A stretch of DNA of 64,000 bases, taken from assembly GCA_965247115.1 (NCBI GenBank), contig CBDFGR010000003.1, positions 1,184,001 through 1,248,000 on the forward strand, read 5' to 3'. The stretch comes from Myxococcota bacterium (GTDB taxonomy: Bacteria > Myxococcota_A > UBA9160 > SZUA-336). Numbering within the stretch: the stretch's first letter is position 1; each line of letters starts with the position of its first letter. Below the pieces are notes generated by a model that was not told where the DNA came from, made no database searches, and worked only from the letters and a program-made list of their open reading frames with translations. This document shows, one piece after another, positions 1 through 10,698 of the stretch. The translations under genes and the position numbers were made by a program.

Positions 1-720
1 TTCGTCGTGTCGCAACTTCTGCTTCCGAACCTTCAGATACTCCTCCTGACTCTCCCAAGGGATGCCATAGCCATTGAATCGCTGAGCGTCCCCAAGCGCG
101 TAGAAGAGCAAGACATCGTGCCGACGCTCAAAGTGGTGCGCCAGCCGTTTGTTCCACCCGGAGTAGTGCCAGATGATCTCGTTTCGGAAGCAACGCGCAC
201 CGAAGACGGCATCCATGAGTACTTTGAGATAGTGACTTGCCCCGGGGTCGCAGTGAAGCACGATCGAGCCAGTGGGCTTCAACACTCTTCGGAGCTTTAT
301 CAGCCGCGGAGCCATCATGGCCAAGTACGCCATCATGTCCTGCTTCTTCAGGAACCTCTTGAAGGCGTATAGGCGCTCAGCGACTTCACCGCCCTCTGCA
401 ACGCCGAGTTCGAAGGCCTCCGCTGCGCTCGGTGTCCATCGCCAGGTGTCTTCGAACGCCCGTCTCTGGGCAGATGATCTTCGCCCTGAGGGATCTAAGA
501 AAAACTGGTTGTAGTCCTGCTTGCTATTGAACGGCGGGTCCAGATAGACAAGATCGACCGATGCCTTGCGGATCTCAGGGAGGACTTCGAGGTTGTCGCC
601 GTAGTAGAGGACGTTGGGACTCGCGGGCTCGAGATCCAGCTCGAAGTCCGTCTGTGTGCCCGCAGCGTCTCGCGCGACACCGCGCCGGGTCGCCCTCTTT
701 CGCTTCCGTGAAGTTGCCAT
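1..720 (-). CDS. Site-specific DNA amino-methyltransferase (N6-A/N4-C), runs off the left edge
   Basis: Not in the ORF track; translated by hand from ATG 720: MATSRKRK...NVLYYGDNLEVL...VDLVYLDPPFNSKQDYN...AFEDTW...RRVLKPTGSIVLHCD...FRNEIIWHY. DPPF catalytic motif. Confidence 0.9.
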   Translation of the reverse strand, partial: MATSRKRKRATRRGVARDAAGTQTDFELDLEPASPNVLYYGDNLEVLPEIRKASVDLVYLDPPFNSKQDYNQFFLDPSGRRSSAQRRAFEDTWRWTPSAAEAFELGVAEGGEVAERLYAFKRFLKKQDMMAYLAMMAPRLIKLRRVLKPTGSIVLHCDPGASHYLKVLMDAVFGARCFRNEIIWHYSGWNKRLAHHFERRHDVLLFYALGDAQRFNGYGIPWESQEEYLKVRKQKLRHDE

Positions 721-929
721 CGTTACGAATCCCTTACAGGATGAACGGATGCGGGGGAGAGCGCATGAATGGCGGCATTCATATCGCACGCGGTTACCCG
801 AGGCGCAACACCTTGGTGTCGCAATACTCAGAGGAAGCCTGCATCTTGTAGGGCCAAACCTTCGTAGTACAACATGCGCAGGTGCCGAGTGCGTCCAGCC
901 CGCACGGAAGGGCACTAAGACCGCTGGCC

Positions 930-1304
930 TCATCCCGACAGGTCGAGCTGGAGCTCGCGCGGATGGGGCAACTCGCCAACCTTCCAGCCCTGAACGTGGA
1001 GCCGGGTCGGCTCGTAGTGCTCGCCGACGTAGGTGTGGTACTCAGGCCGCTCGCGTTCCGTACGCTCCACGGCCATCTGCCGTCCCTCGGGCGTGTCGAA
1101 GACGATATCTACGCCCTCCCCCCACCCGGACCCGAACTGGTGCTTGCTCTTCTCGTGGCCGCCCACAAGCGCGTTCCGCCTCTCGGTGCGGCAGCCCCCC
1201 GTCACCGATCCGCCGTACCAGCAGCAGAGCTGCCAGCACCAGAGGACGAACTCGCCTACATCGACCCAGTCGATCTGGTGCGGCTCCGAGAGAGGCAGGC
1301 TCAT
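930..1304 (-). CDS. Peptidase M15-like protein, probable phage endolysin
   Basis: VTGGCRTERRNALVGGHEKSKH...VDI...LHV resembles the M15A R/SxH/D/H pattern. ATG 1304 overlaps the upstream stop (ATGA). Confidence 0.7.
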   Translation of the reverse strand: MSLPLSEPHQIDWVDVGEFVLWCWQLCCWYGGSVTGGCRTERRNALVGGHEKSKHQFGSGWGEGVDIVFDTPEGRQMAVERTERERPEYHTYVGEHYEPTRLHVQGWKVGELPHPRELQLDLSG

Positions 1305-1708
1305 GGCGCCAGCGAACGCATCCAGTCCGGCTTCCTCTTGTTGTGCCGGCAGCGCAGGCCCGCTTCCGGGCCGCAGGTGTCGTAAGCACCGAAGTTCCCG
1401 CCCACGAAGACCGCGCGGTGGTAGAGGAACCGGACCCAGCGCCAGCGCCACGGGAGCGATGTGCGGATGTTCTCCTTGAGCTCCCCATCGGCGTCGTTCT
1501 TGCGCTGCCACGTCATCGAGCCGGCCGGGTGACAGCGGGTGCAGTACCTCCAGTCGTGGATCCGGCAGGCCCAGCGGAAGTCGAAGCCGAAGAGGTCGTC
1601 CGGCGAGCTCGAGCAGCCGTCGTCCTGGAAGTGCTCCGGGATCTCTGCAAGCGTCCGCTTCGCCTCCTTCGGGATCGGCCGCTGCAGTCGGCCGTCTAGA
1701 AGCCCCAT
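1301..1708 (-). CDS. Prokaryotic-type phospholipase A2-like protein
   Basis: DDGCSSSPDDLFGFDFRWACRIHDWRY, later AD..L..N and YHRAV, match the Streptomyces-type PLA2 CxxHDxxY signature. Confidence 0.8.
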   Translation of the reverse strand: MGLLDGRLQRPIPKEAKRTLAEIPEHFQDDGCSSSPDDLFGFDFRWACRIHDWRYCTRCHPAGSMTWQRKNDADGELKENIRTSLPWRWRWVRFLYHRAVFVGGNFGAYDTCGPEAGLRCRHNKRKPDWMRSLAP

Positions 1709-1726
1709 TCCCCTCTCACCCCCCGC

Positions 1727-2011
1727 TCACTCATCGACCGTGACGCGGCCCGTGATCGGGACCTCGTCCGTTACGGCAGCGGGTTTGTCGCTGCCGCTGC
1801 ATCCGACCCGCGGGACCTCGTCCGCTACGGCAGCGGGTTTGTCGCTGTCGCTGCATCCGACCCGCAGGGCGTTGCCCATGACCTCGAGCTCGGCCTCGGC
1901 GCCGCCTTCAAAGCCGCAGATATCCCACATCACCCAGCCGTGCTCTCCTGGCCCGATCTGCATCGCGCAGGACGGCAGGAGCAGCAGCGCAAGGATGAGA
2001 GCTTGTTTCAT
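1727..2011 (-). CDS. Phage lipoprotein (possibly spanin-like)
   Basis: MKQALILALLLLPSC lipobox-type signal; lies within the lysis cluster; internal 18-aa duplication. Confidence 0.65.
   Translation of the reverse strand: MKQALILALLLLPSCAMQIGPGEHGWVMWDICGFEGGAEAELEVMGNALRVGCSDSDKPAAVADEVPRVGCSGSDKPAAVTDEVPITGRVTVDE
1757..1865. repeat. 54-bp tandem duplication (2 copies)
   Basis: Units start at 1757 and 1811 and encode RVGCS(D/G)SDKPAAV(A/T)DEVP. Confidence 0.9.
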
Positions 2012-2316
2012 GGTGTCCCCCCTCGGATCGCACGGACGACCTTCTCGGGGATGTCGTCCACCTTCCCTTCGAGGCTGCCGAGACGTCGCTCCACGTCCCG
2101 TAGCTGCTGCTGGACGCCCGATAGGTCGCGCTCGGCAGCACCGATCCGGTCGCTATTCGATGCGGACCGTTCCGCCACCGGCGCCACGGCCTTCTCCACG
2201 TGCTCCTCACTCGCCACATTTCGGACCAGCGTGAAGTAGATGGTGAGGAGGATTCCCAGGGCCGTCCCGGCGGCGGCTGCAATCGGACGCCAGTAGCCGT
2301 TGGAGGAGCTGGGCAT
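2008..2316 (-). CDS. Single-TM coiled-coil phage protein (holin- or i-spanin-like)
   Basis: N-terminal hydrophobic helix followed by a heptad-like segment; first gene of the lysis cluster. Confidence 0.55.
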   Translation of the reverse strand: MPSSSNGYWRPIAAAAGTALGILLTIYFTLVRNVASEEHVEKAVAPVAERSASNSDRIGAAERDLSGVQQQLRDVERRLGSLEGKVDDIPEKVVRAIRGGTP

Positions 2317-2328
2317 ATCAGCTAGCGG

Positions 2329-2979
2329 TCATGGCAGGGCAATCGCTTCCAGCTCAGTCAGGCTCTGCGCCGCGTCCAGCGAAGGAGTCAGGGTTGCCGG
2401 CGCATCCCGGAGCACTTGCTTCCGCGTAGATATGCGATTGATCTCCGATCGGTTGTCCTGCTCAAGCGTACGAACGGCCTCAACATCAAGGGTCTCGAGC
2501 TCGGCGTTTCGTTCCGTACGGAGCGCCGCCAGACGGATGGCTCGCGCCTTCGGCAGATCCATGTCCACCGACGGATCCTCGGTGGTCCAGTCCCAGGCAT
2601 CTCGATACTTCCACGAGACCTGGTCCGACGGAATCGTGCCCTCGTCCACGATCGCGACCACCTGGGCGCCGGCGAAGCCTTCGTGGCCATCCTGAGCGAG
2701 CTTCTGGAGAAGCTCCGCACCGATGCGCTGGGCAAACTCCTCCTCGGTCTCCGCCCAAATGGGATCGAGCGCGGCCACCATATCGACGTAGGAGGCTCCC
2801 GTGCGGCCAAACCGCTCGACGAATACCTGCTCGAGTGGTCGAACTACTACTTGCTGGCGCGTATCCAGCGGGTCGGTTCCCATCTGAACGGGGACGACAG
2901 TCTCGATTCGCCGCTGCCCGTAGGCGGGCCTGGAGAACGCCAGTGTCCCCGTGTCGAGCTTGATCAGGATTGTCTTCAT
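2329..2979 (-). CDS. Phage tail-fibre-associated (assembly-like) protein
   Basis: ATG 2979 overlaps the tail fibre stop (TAATG). YRDAW...DLPKARAIRLAALRTERN...KQVLRDAP resembles Tfa-like C-termini. Confidence 0.6.
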   Translation of the reverse strand: MKTILIKLDTGTLAFSRPAYGQRRIETVVPVQMGTDPLDTRQQVVVRPLEQVFVERFGRTGASYVDMVAALDPIWAETEEEFAQRIGAELLQKLAQDGHEGFAGAQVVAIVDEGTIPSDQVSWKYRDAWDWTTEDPSVDMDLPKARAIRLAALRTERNAELETLDVEAVRTLEQDNRSEINRISTRKQVLRDAPATLTPSLDAAQSLTELEAIALP

Positions 2980-4053
2980 TACTGGTCTCCAAAACCCAAA
3001 GCGCAGCAGATCGACGCGTCCGCGAAGACCTCCGGGTTCGCGCCGTCGGTGATCAGAACGGCGATCGATCCTGACGCCATCGAGCCCATGGTGATATGGT
3101 TGCTGGCCCTGGCATCGCCAGAGTCGCTCGAGTTTGCCAAGGCTCCGAAGCACCAGTTTGCCGATGAGAAGTTCGTGCCGATCGTGATCGTCTCTTTTCC
3201 AACCCCGGTATTCGTCAGCGCCGTGACGTTGTAGCTGGCGTCGATGGTCGTCCCGCTCGTATCCCACTTGACCCAGAACTTCGCGGCGCTGGGGTGGTGG
3301 TGCTGCACGCTGGGCGTGACGCTCACTGCACCAGACGTGCCCGCCTCCATCTGGATCTGGCTCGCATAGGGCCGAAAGAGATTCACGATCCGCCTCCAGC
3401 CGTTCGACTGGAGCAATGCGAGATCACGCGGAATCCGAACCTTCTCCGCGTGGACCTCTTCCCCGACCCACACGCGGACCTTGCGGATGTCGATGATTGG
3501 ACTCGTAGCGGCGTTGTGCCAGAGATCGAAGCCAAATCCGAAGTACGCCCCAGTGCTCGGAGGTCCCGGCCGCAAGGATCGGAACCCCGGCCGCGTCGAA
3601 GCTCAGGAACTTCGACGCCCTCGCGATTGCCGAGCCAAGCTCTGTGTCCAGGATCCCATCGCCGAACGGGATCCGAATCGCGCGCTCGACCCGCGAGCGA
3701 GTTGCCTTCTCCTGGTTCGTAAGCACGTCCAGCGCGGTCTCGTGACTCGCGGCCGGGAAGGAATCTGCCGTCGTGTAGTCCGTCTCCTGCTTGAGCGGCG
3801 GATCGCCGTAGATCACCACCTTCTCGGTGGCGACCGGCGCGACCAGGAAGGTCACGTTCCCGCCCGTGGCATCCCCGACCCCCGAAACCGTGTAGTCGCT
3901 GATCCGGGTCTGGAGCGCATCGACGCCCGTCGCGATCGTGCGCTTGATCACCTTGAGGTCGTCGGCGTCCAGGTAGCGCCAGGGAGCCGCGAAGACGGTG
4001 GTAACACCGTTTCCGGTATACTCGACAAGGTTCTGTTCGGCCGTGATCGTCAT
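2979..4053 (-). pseudogene. Phage tail fibre (T7 gp17-like N-terminus) split across two frames
   Basis: YTGNGVTTVFAAPWRYLDADDLKV anchor domain in 3424..4053; fibre-type C-terminus (AKFWVKW...SYNVTALTNTGVG) in 2979..3575; frame change near 3560. Confidence 0.75.
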
Positions 4054-4061
4054 GGACGCTC

Positions 4062-6910
4062 CTATTGCTCCCGTCGTGGCCCCGTGAGCAGGACAGCCGG
4101 GTTGCTCGACTCGCCCTCCTCAAGAGCGACCACTCCCCGCGTGAAGCGATCCACCGTTACCGCGGGGTAATGGAAGAGGATCCCGGCGGCCTGATTCACG
4201 GCGCGGAACTGCGCCTCGTCGGCCTCCCCTTGCGCAAGCTGCCGCATGGCCCGGCCGGCGGAGGCGAAGAAGCGCGTACCCGCAGGACCGTCCCAGGTGT
4301 AGTACCCGGCGATGAAGCCCGAGAACTCCCGCAGCCCCACCATCGTCCCGGCCAGGTACTCGAGCTGCCAGCGCACCAGCTTCTCCGGGAGGTCCGCATC
4401 GTCATCCCCGCTCCCCTGGATCGCGTCCCGCATCATCTCCGTCAGGACCGCCGGCGCCGTGTAGAGCAGCAGCATGTCCACAGCGAAGCGCCCGACCTCG
4501 CGCGGCTGCTTGAAGTTCGTGCGTCGCCACGACTCCGCCGTCAAGTTGAAGGTCGTGTTGAAGAAGCTGTAGAAGTTCGTCCAGAGCCGTTGGAGCGGGC
4601 TCCCACGCTGGATCTGCGCCAGGTCCTTGATCTGCCCGCCGCCCTGCGCATCCAGCACGGCTTGGTCCGCGAGGGCTACCGCTCGAGCCTCGTTGCCATC
4701 CGCATCCATCGCCTTCTCGTAGGCGCCGAGCCAGGTCGGGATGTCCGCGACCAGCTGCATCTTCACGATCATGTAGAAGTAGGCGTCCATCACGGGAGAG
4801 AACACGTCGCCACCGCCCACACGGTTCTGGATCTCGTTGATCTCCCGCTGCTGAGTTCGCGGCCGGAGCTTCATGAAGGTGGACTTGTCCGCGATCCAGG
4901 CCGCCGTGTTCTCCATCGTCGCGGCGTCGCGCATCCAGCGCATGAGGCCTCGGCCGACCCACTTCGGACCGATTCGAACCATGGACTGCGTAAGGCCGTA
5001 GGGCTGGAGCAGCGCCGTAATCACGTTGAAGCCCATGCCGGAGATCGAACTCCCCTTTCGGAGGTAGTTCATCGCGCGGTCGAAGGAGGTCTGCGCCGGC
5101 AGGCTGCCGGCCGCCACGTCCTCGATCGCGTGCTGGATCTGGCGCAGGACCGGGAAGCCGTAGCCATCCAGGATCGCGCTCTGCACCCGCCGATCCCCCA
5201 CGATCTTGTTGGCGTCGATCAGCCACTCGTGGAAGGCGAGGTCATGGATGACCTGGTCGAAGTGCTCGAAGATGACGCCAAAGTCGAGTCGAATGGGCCG
5301 CACCACGTCGCCTCGGAACCGGGCCTTCGTGTGGCCCCTGCGGGTAGAGGCGCGGGTATACGCGCCCCTCATGGCCTGCTTCGCCGCGTCCGCTGCGATG
5401 TTCGCGCTTGCCCGCGGGCTCAGCCGCTCGTCGAAGGAGATCGGGAAGTAGCCTCCGCGCAGATGCCCGCCCGGCACATCCCGGGGCACCGCCTCCACCT
5501 TCTCCTCGGCGACGCCCGCGACACGCTTCTGTTTCGCCGCGATCTCCGGCCAGTAGGAGTCGATGGCCTCCCAGATCTGATTCAGGAACTCCACGTCCGT
5601 CGGCGTGAGCGTGTCCAGGATGGCCGCACCATCCGCCGCGCTCCAGCCGTGCCCGTCGAGGATTCGCTGCTCGTTCACGGCGTTCCCCATGTTCAGCGCA
5701 ACCATCAGCCGGGCCTCGTGGGAGAGCGAGATGTTCGTTCCGGGCACCACGAACTTCTGGCGCAGAGAGGGCTTCGTCAGCGTACCCAGCGTGACCTTCG
5801 CCGCCGTCTTCCGCAGGGCCTCCCCGAAGCCGAGGTAGGGCTGGAAGATCTCGGAGAGCTGCATCGTGACCTTCGCGCGCTCGTCTGCCTCGAAGTCTCC
5901 CTTCTCGTTCAGCGGCCGGACCAGGAGCTCCCACAGGGTCCCGCCGTCCTGCATCCCGTCCATCTCCCGAATGAGGCTCGAGAGCTTCCGGTGAGAGGCG
6001 AAGTAGTCGCCCATCGTGGTCCTACGCTGCTCAGCCGGATCCCGCGTCTCGATCTCCCGGGGCTTCGTCGTGCGGGCGTTCTCCCGGATGGTCTCCACGG
6101 CCTGGCCGACCCGCGCTTCAAGCTCACGCTTCCCCTGCACCGTTAGGAGCTCAAGCTTCAGCTTCGCGAGGTGGTCGATGTTCTGGACCGCATCCGTGAG
6201 CCCATCGAGTTGGTTCACCGTGAGGTTCCGCCAGGGCGTGCGGAACGCGTCGTTCCGGAGGTCCTCGTCGATCGTTACGACCTCACCAGCCTCCTCCCGC
6301 TCGGTGATCCAGTCCGCCAAGGCCTGCCGTCGGTCTGCGGCCTTGTCCGAGATGCGGCGGAAGTCAAAGCGGTCATGGAGTGCGTCGATCTGGTCCAGAT
6401 AGGACTCTCCGGCGAGCCCGATCCTGGATCGGACCCGGCCCTCCGCGAAGCGCCGATGGAAGGCCCGATTCTTGAGTGAGCGCTCCCGAGCCTTCGTGGA
6501 CTCCATCGCGAGGTAGTGGTTGAGCAGCTGCTTCCGCTTCGCGTCGTGCGCCGTGGTCCAGTCCTGCGCTGCGATGGCCTCCACGGCCTGCCGCGCCATG
6601 CGGGCCTCGGCGGAGCGGTGCACGCCGGGCCGCAAATCCCGGATCCGCTTCTCGCCGACCAGACGCTCTGACGCGGCGCGCGCCACTTGGACCGGCGTCG
6701 GGCGGATGCCCGCCCGCTTGGCCAGTGCCCGGACCTCCCTTACTAAGAAGCGCCCGGTCTGGTCCCGCTCCGTCGCACCAAGCGCCTTGTCGGCCAGCGT
6801 CCCGTCCCGACGCATGTCCCCGAAGCGCTCCCGCATCCGGGTCTCCGTCTCCTGATCAATCACGGCCTGCCGGTTGCCTGAGGCTTGGAGGGCCCGCACG
6901 AGCGCATCGC
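4062..6910 (-). pseudogene. Large podovirus-type internal virion/ejection protein, 5'-truncated
   Basis: About 950 aa of helical phage-like sequence (PTWLGAYEKA...ADQAVLDAQGGG..KDL) just upstream of the tail fibre. Sequence above ~6910 is antisense to an unrelated gene. Confidence 0.7.
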
Positions 6911-6911
6911 A

Positions 6912-7532
6912 GGCGTTTGGATCAATCCGAAGCCGCTGCAACGACCCCACCCCCCGATGTACGTCGTGGCGCCTTCTTTTGCTGCGAAAACGGGAACGGC
7001 GATGGACCGCGTTGCGCGAATGGGGTTCGACGTCGGTGCAATCGGCGGCTTCTTTACAGGTCTCACAGGGGGTGAGATGTGGAGGCAGTGGTGGGAGGCA
7101 TGGCAGCGCGCTTGCGAACGCAATCATCGTGATCGCAGCTACGCCCGGATCCACACCTTCGCTACGAGCTACGTCACGGACGATCCAGAAAAGGCGTGGG
7201 CGGAACATCGCCTCGGTTTTCTGCACAGCTTCAACTACGAGCGGCAGGGGGTGCGCCCCTACAGTTCCCTGTTCATGGAAAAGTCACCGGAGCAGCCCGA
7301 GGACATCCCGGGGTGGGAAAAGGTGTTCGTCACGCCGGACGATGCGATCGCCGAACTGTGCGCTTCCTATGCCGACGGGGCGCCGGACGAGATCCATTTG
7401 ATCCCCAAAAAGCCCGGCATGAGTTGGGAACAATCGGGGCAATACATGCGGAATTTCATCGAGAGGGTCGCACCGGCCGTCCAGGATTTAGCGCCCGAAC
7501 GTGAATCCGCTTGCCGCGTGGACGCGACGTAG
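6912..7532 (+). pseudogene. LLM-class flavin-dependent oxidoreductase, C-terminal fragment
   Basis: Begins at the mid-protein LLM motif WINPKPLQRPHPPMYV and ends FIERVAP; N-terminal half absent. Confidence 0.8.
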
Positions 7533-7704
7533 AGGGGCGCTCTGGCGACTGCGGACGGTGCTGAGAATTCGAGACGAGGGGCTGCCGCTGCCCCGTCGCC
7601 GTGGGCGGACATCAGCAAGATCGAAGACTCCTACTACGTTCACGAGGGAGTCGATGCGTACGTCTTCTACGATTACAACCTGCGCCACGACGCCGCGGTA
7701 TTGC

Positions 7705-7975
7705 AAGATCGTCAACTCAGCAACCCTGCGGCGGTGTGACTTCGGATCCGTGTAGCGGCCTGTGATTGCGAAGCGTCCCATCGACGAGGTCGAGTGCCCG
7801 AGGTGGAGCGCCGCGTCGACGATCCAACCTCCGTGCTCTTGGATCCGAGTCGCTGCAGTCGCCCGCAGCCCGTGGAAGTGGAGCCCCTCAATCTTCGCGC
7901 GTTCGCAGGCAGCCTCCCATGATCCGCGGACGCTCTTTCGGCGCGACCCCGATCTGGTGTGCAGTTTCCAGGCCT
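7705..7975 (-). pseudogene. Tyrosine recombinase C-terminal remnant
   Basis: SWEAACERAKIEGLHFHGLRATAAT...HLGHS...TGRY (HxLR, LGH and Y motifs). Confidence 0.8.
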
Positions 7976-8027
7976 TCCGCAAGCTGATAGGCTGCACACG
8001 GCTGCCCGAATCGGAGGTGTCGGTCCC

Positions 8028-8498
8028 ATGGATCGTCCCAAGCCCGGCGTCGCTCTCACGATCGCGGCCCTGCTCTTCGTCGTCATCGCCGTGGAGAGCT
8101 TCCTGAAGCCATACGATCCGATGGAATTCTTGGTGCTCGGGTTTCGCACGGATGGACTTCTGGAGGCGATCGTTGCACGTGTTCACGCGGCGCTCATGCT
8201 CGCGATCGCCTATGGCATCTGGCGGCTCAAGCGCTACGCCCTCTACTTCCTGCTGGTCTACACACCGTACGTACTGTTGAATATCATCCTGTTCTCGTTG
8301 CGCTACGACTGGCCCGATCTTCAAAGCGGAGGTCCAACCGGGATCCTCTCCCCGCTATTTGGGACCGGGATCCTTGGGCTGCCCTCTCCGGGCGACATCC
8401 CCGGTCCCCTGTACGCGGTCATCTGGACGCTCATCTCCCTCGGCCCGCTCGGCGGAACGGCCTATCTGCTGTCGCGGCGTCGTCCCGAATTGAGCTGA
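8028..8498 (+). CDS. Hypothetical ~4-TM membrane protein (copy A)
   Basis: GGAGGT RBS, ATG 8028, hydrophobic segments; paralogue at 11195..11635. Confidence 0.8.
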   Translation: MDRPKPGVALTIAALLFVVIAVESFLKPYDPMEFLVLGFRTDGLLEAIVARVHAALMLAIAYGIWRLKRYALYFLLVYTPYVLLNIILFSLRYDWPDLQSGGPTGILSPLFGTGILGLPSPGDIPGPLYAVIWTLISLGPLGGTAYLLSRRRPELS

Positions 8499-8601
8499 GT
8501 TGCGCTCCTACCTATGGAAGGGCACTCAAGGAGGGTCTTTCGGGTTCTGACAATGGCTTCCCCGTTCGATCGAGTCGTCTGAAGGTCAGGAGAGGATTGC
8601 G

Positions 8602-10485
8602 ATGAAACTCGAAGGAATCACACGCCGGGATTTCGTCGGCGGCTTTTCCCTGGGAGTCGGCGCGTTGGCAGCCGGGCTCTCGCCGCTCGAGGCGGTGGCG
8701 CGGGGGCTGCTACCGCCCCAAGCGATCGGCGACTACCCGCCGGCGCGCACGGGCCTGCGCGGCTCGCACCCGGGCTCCTTCGAGGTGGCCCATGCGGTCT
8801 TCCGCGAGGGCAAGCGCTGGCCGCATCCCGAAGAGCGGATCGATGCCACCTACGACCTCGTGGTGGTGGGCGCGGGCTTCGGCGGACTCGCGGCGGCCTG
8901 GTTCTTCCGTCAGCAGGCCGGTCCCGACGCGAAGATCCTCTTGCTCGACAATCACGACGACTTCGGCGGTCACGCCAAGCGCAACGAGTTCGACGTCGAC
9001 GGCAAGACGCTGGTGGGCTCCGGCGGCTCCTCCTACATGGTCTCGCCCGAAGCCTGGTCTCCGGAGCTGAAGTCGCTGCTGAGGGAGATCGACGTGGACG
9101 TCCGGCGCTTCGAGAGCGAGTTCCTCGATGCGGACTTTCGGAAGAGGCACGGGCTGTCGGCGGGAATCTTCTTCGACGCCGCCCGCTACGGAGCGGACTC
9201 GATCCAGCCCGACGCCCTCGGGAGACTGAGCCGCGAGGGGGCAGAGCGGGCGGTTGCAAACTATCCGATCTCGGAGCACGCGAAGGCCAAGCTGGTCGAG
9301 CTCGTGACCACGAAGCGCGAGGTCTACCCGGGGGTGACGCTCGAGGAGAAGCGCAAGCGTCTCAAGCAGACGAGCTACGAGGAGTACCTGCGCAGCGAAT
9401 TCGCGATGCCCGACGAGGTGCTCGACCTGATCCGCAACTTGCACGTCGGCCTCGGTCACGGTGCCGACGCCGCGACGGCAATGCACGCCTCGTTCTGGGA
9501 GGCGCCGGGCCTGCGCGATGTCGACCCGAGGGTCTGGGGTCCGGACAACTACGTCGGACGCCTCGAGGCCGGCATCAACCACTTCCCGGACGGCAACGCG
9601 ACCCTCGCCCGGCTGATGGTGCGCAAGTTGGTGCCCGGCTCGGTACCGGGCAAGACCCTGGAAGACAGCATGACCGCCCGGGTCGCCTACGACCGGCTCG
9701 ATCGCGACGAGAACGCCGTGCGCATCCGGCTCGAGAGCACGGCCATCGACGTGCGTCAGGCCGAGGGCGGCAAGTCCGTGGACGTCACCTACATCAAGGA
9801 TGGCACGGCCTACCGGGTGCGGGGCAAGCACGCCGTCGTGGCCTGCTGGGGCAACGTGATTCCGCACATCTGCCCCGAGCTGGGAGACGTCCAGAAGAAG
9901 GCGCTCAACTATCCGGAGAAGTGGCCCCTCAACGTCATCAACGTCGCCCTGCGCGACTGGAAGGCCATCGCGAAGTCGGGATTCGACAGCGTCCGCGCGC
10001 CGAACGGCTTCTTCACCTCGGTAGGGACCGGCACACCGATCAGCGTTGGCAGCTATCGGTTCAGCCGTTCGCCGAACGAGCCCATCGTGCTCGGCATGTA
10101 TCACGTACCCGTGGTCTTCGTGCGTCAGGGAACCTCACGTGAGCGCATCAAGGCGGGTCGCCATGCGCTCCTCGCCATGAGCTACGACGACTTCGAGAAG
10201 AAGATCGTCGATCAGCTCCAGGCCATCTGGGGACCCTACGGCTTCGATGCGGAGCAGCAGATCGCGGCCATCAGCGTGAACCGCTGGCCCCACGGCGTGA
10301 CTTACTTCTACGACTCGCTCTTCGACCCGTTCGATTGGAGCGTCGAAAACGGCCCTCACATCCAGGCGCAGCGGCGCATGGGCCGCATCTCGTTTGCGGG
10401 TGCGGACGTCGGCAACGAGCCGCTCGCCCATCGCGCCCTGCAGGAGGGGCTCCGCGCCGCCCGCGAGCAGCTCGCTCTGGGCTGA
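8602..10485 (+). CDS. Tat-exported FAD oxidoreductase, spermidine dehydrogenase (SpdH)-like, copy 1
   Basis: TRRDF twin-arginine signal, GLRGSHPGSFE, VVGAGFGG, NHDDFGGHAKRNEF, HFPDGN, NRWPHG. Confidence 0.85.
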   Translation: MKLEGITRRDFVGGFSLGVGALAAGLSPLEAVARGLLPPQAIGDYPPARTGLRGSHPGSFEVAHAVFREGKRWPHPEERIDATYDLVVVGAGFGGLAAAWFFRQQAGPDAKILLLDNHDDFGGHAKRNEFDVDGKTLVGSGGSSYMVSPEAWSPELKSLLREIDVDVRRFESEFLDADFRKRHGLSAGIFFDAARYGADSIQPDALGRLSREGAERAVANYPISEHAKAKLVELVTTKREVYPGVTLEEKRKRLKQTSYEEYLRSEFAMPDEVLDLIRNLHVGLGHGADAATAMHASFWEAPGLRDVDPRVWGPDNYVGRLEAGINHFPDGNATLARLMVRKLVPGSVPGKTLEDSMTARVAYDRLDRDENAVRIRLESTAIDVRQAEGGKSVDVTYIKDGTAYRVRGKHAVVACWGNVIPHICPELGDVQKKALNYPEKWPLNVINVALRDWKAIAKSGFDSVRAPNGFFTSVGTGTPISVGSYRFSRSPNEPIVLGMYHVPVVFVRQGTSRERIKAGRHALLAMSYDDFEKKIVDQLQAIWGPYGFDAEQQIAAISVNRWPHGVTYFYDSLFDPFDWSVENGPHIQAQRRMGRISFAGADVGNEPLAHRALQEGLRAAREQLALG

Positions 10486-10698
10486 GCCACTGCCGGTCCA
10501 TACGTGCTGGTGGCGATCGACGGGGACGGGGCATACGCGTGGCCTCGCAGGATGCGCTCGAACCGTCGCATCTCGTAGCTGTATCGTGGCTGTGCTTCCG
10601 GGTCGTCGCGCGATACAATGCTCACTTTCTGGGTACTTTCCGTTCACTTCGTACTGATTCACCGCAGTATCATCAATTAGTCACAGAGGAGAGGCAGC

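Noticed and set aside
2329..4053. Diversity-generating retroelement acting on the tail fibre
   Set aside because: No reverse transcriptase and no TR/VR repeat pair seen in the window.
6910..7226. N-terminal ~105 aa of the 1054-aa ORF
   Set aside because: Antisense read-through of the LLM fragment across a junction.
7488..8324. 278-aa ORF
   Set aside because: Composite of antisense membrane-gene sequence, an integrase remnant and unrelated DNA.
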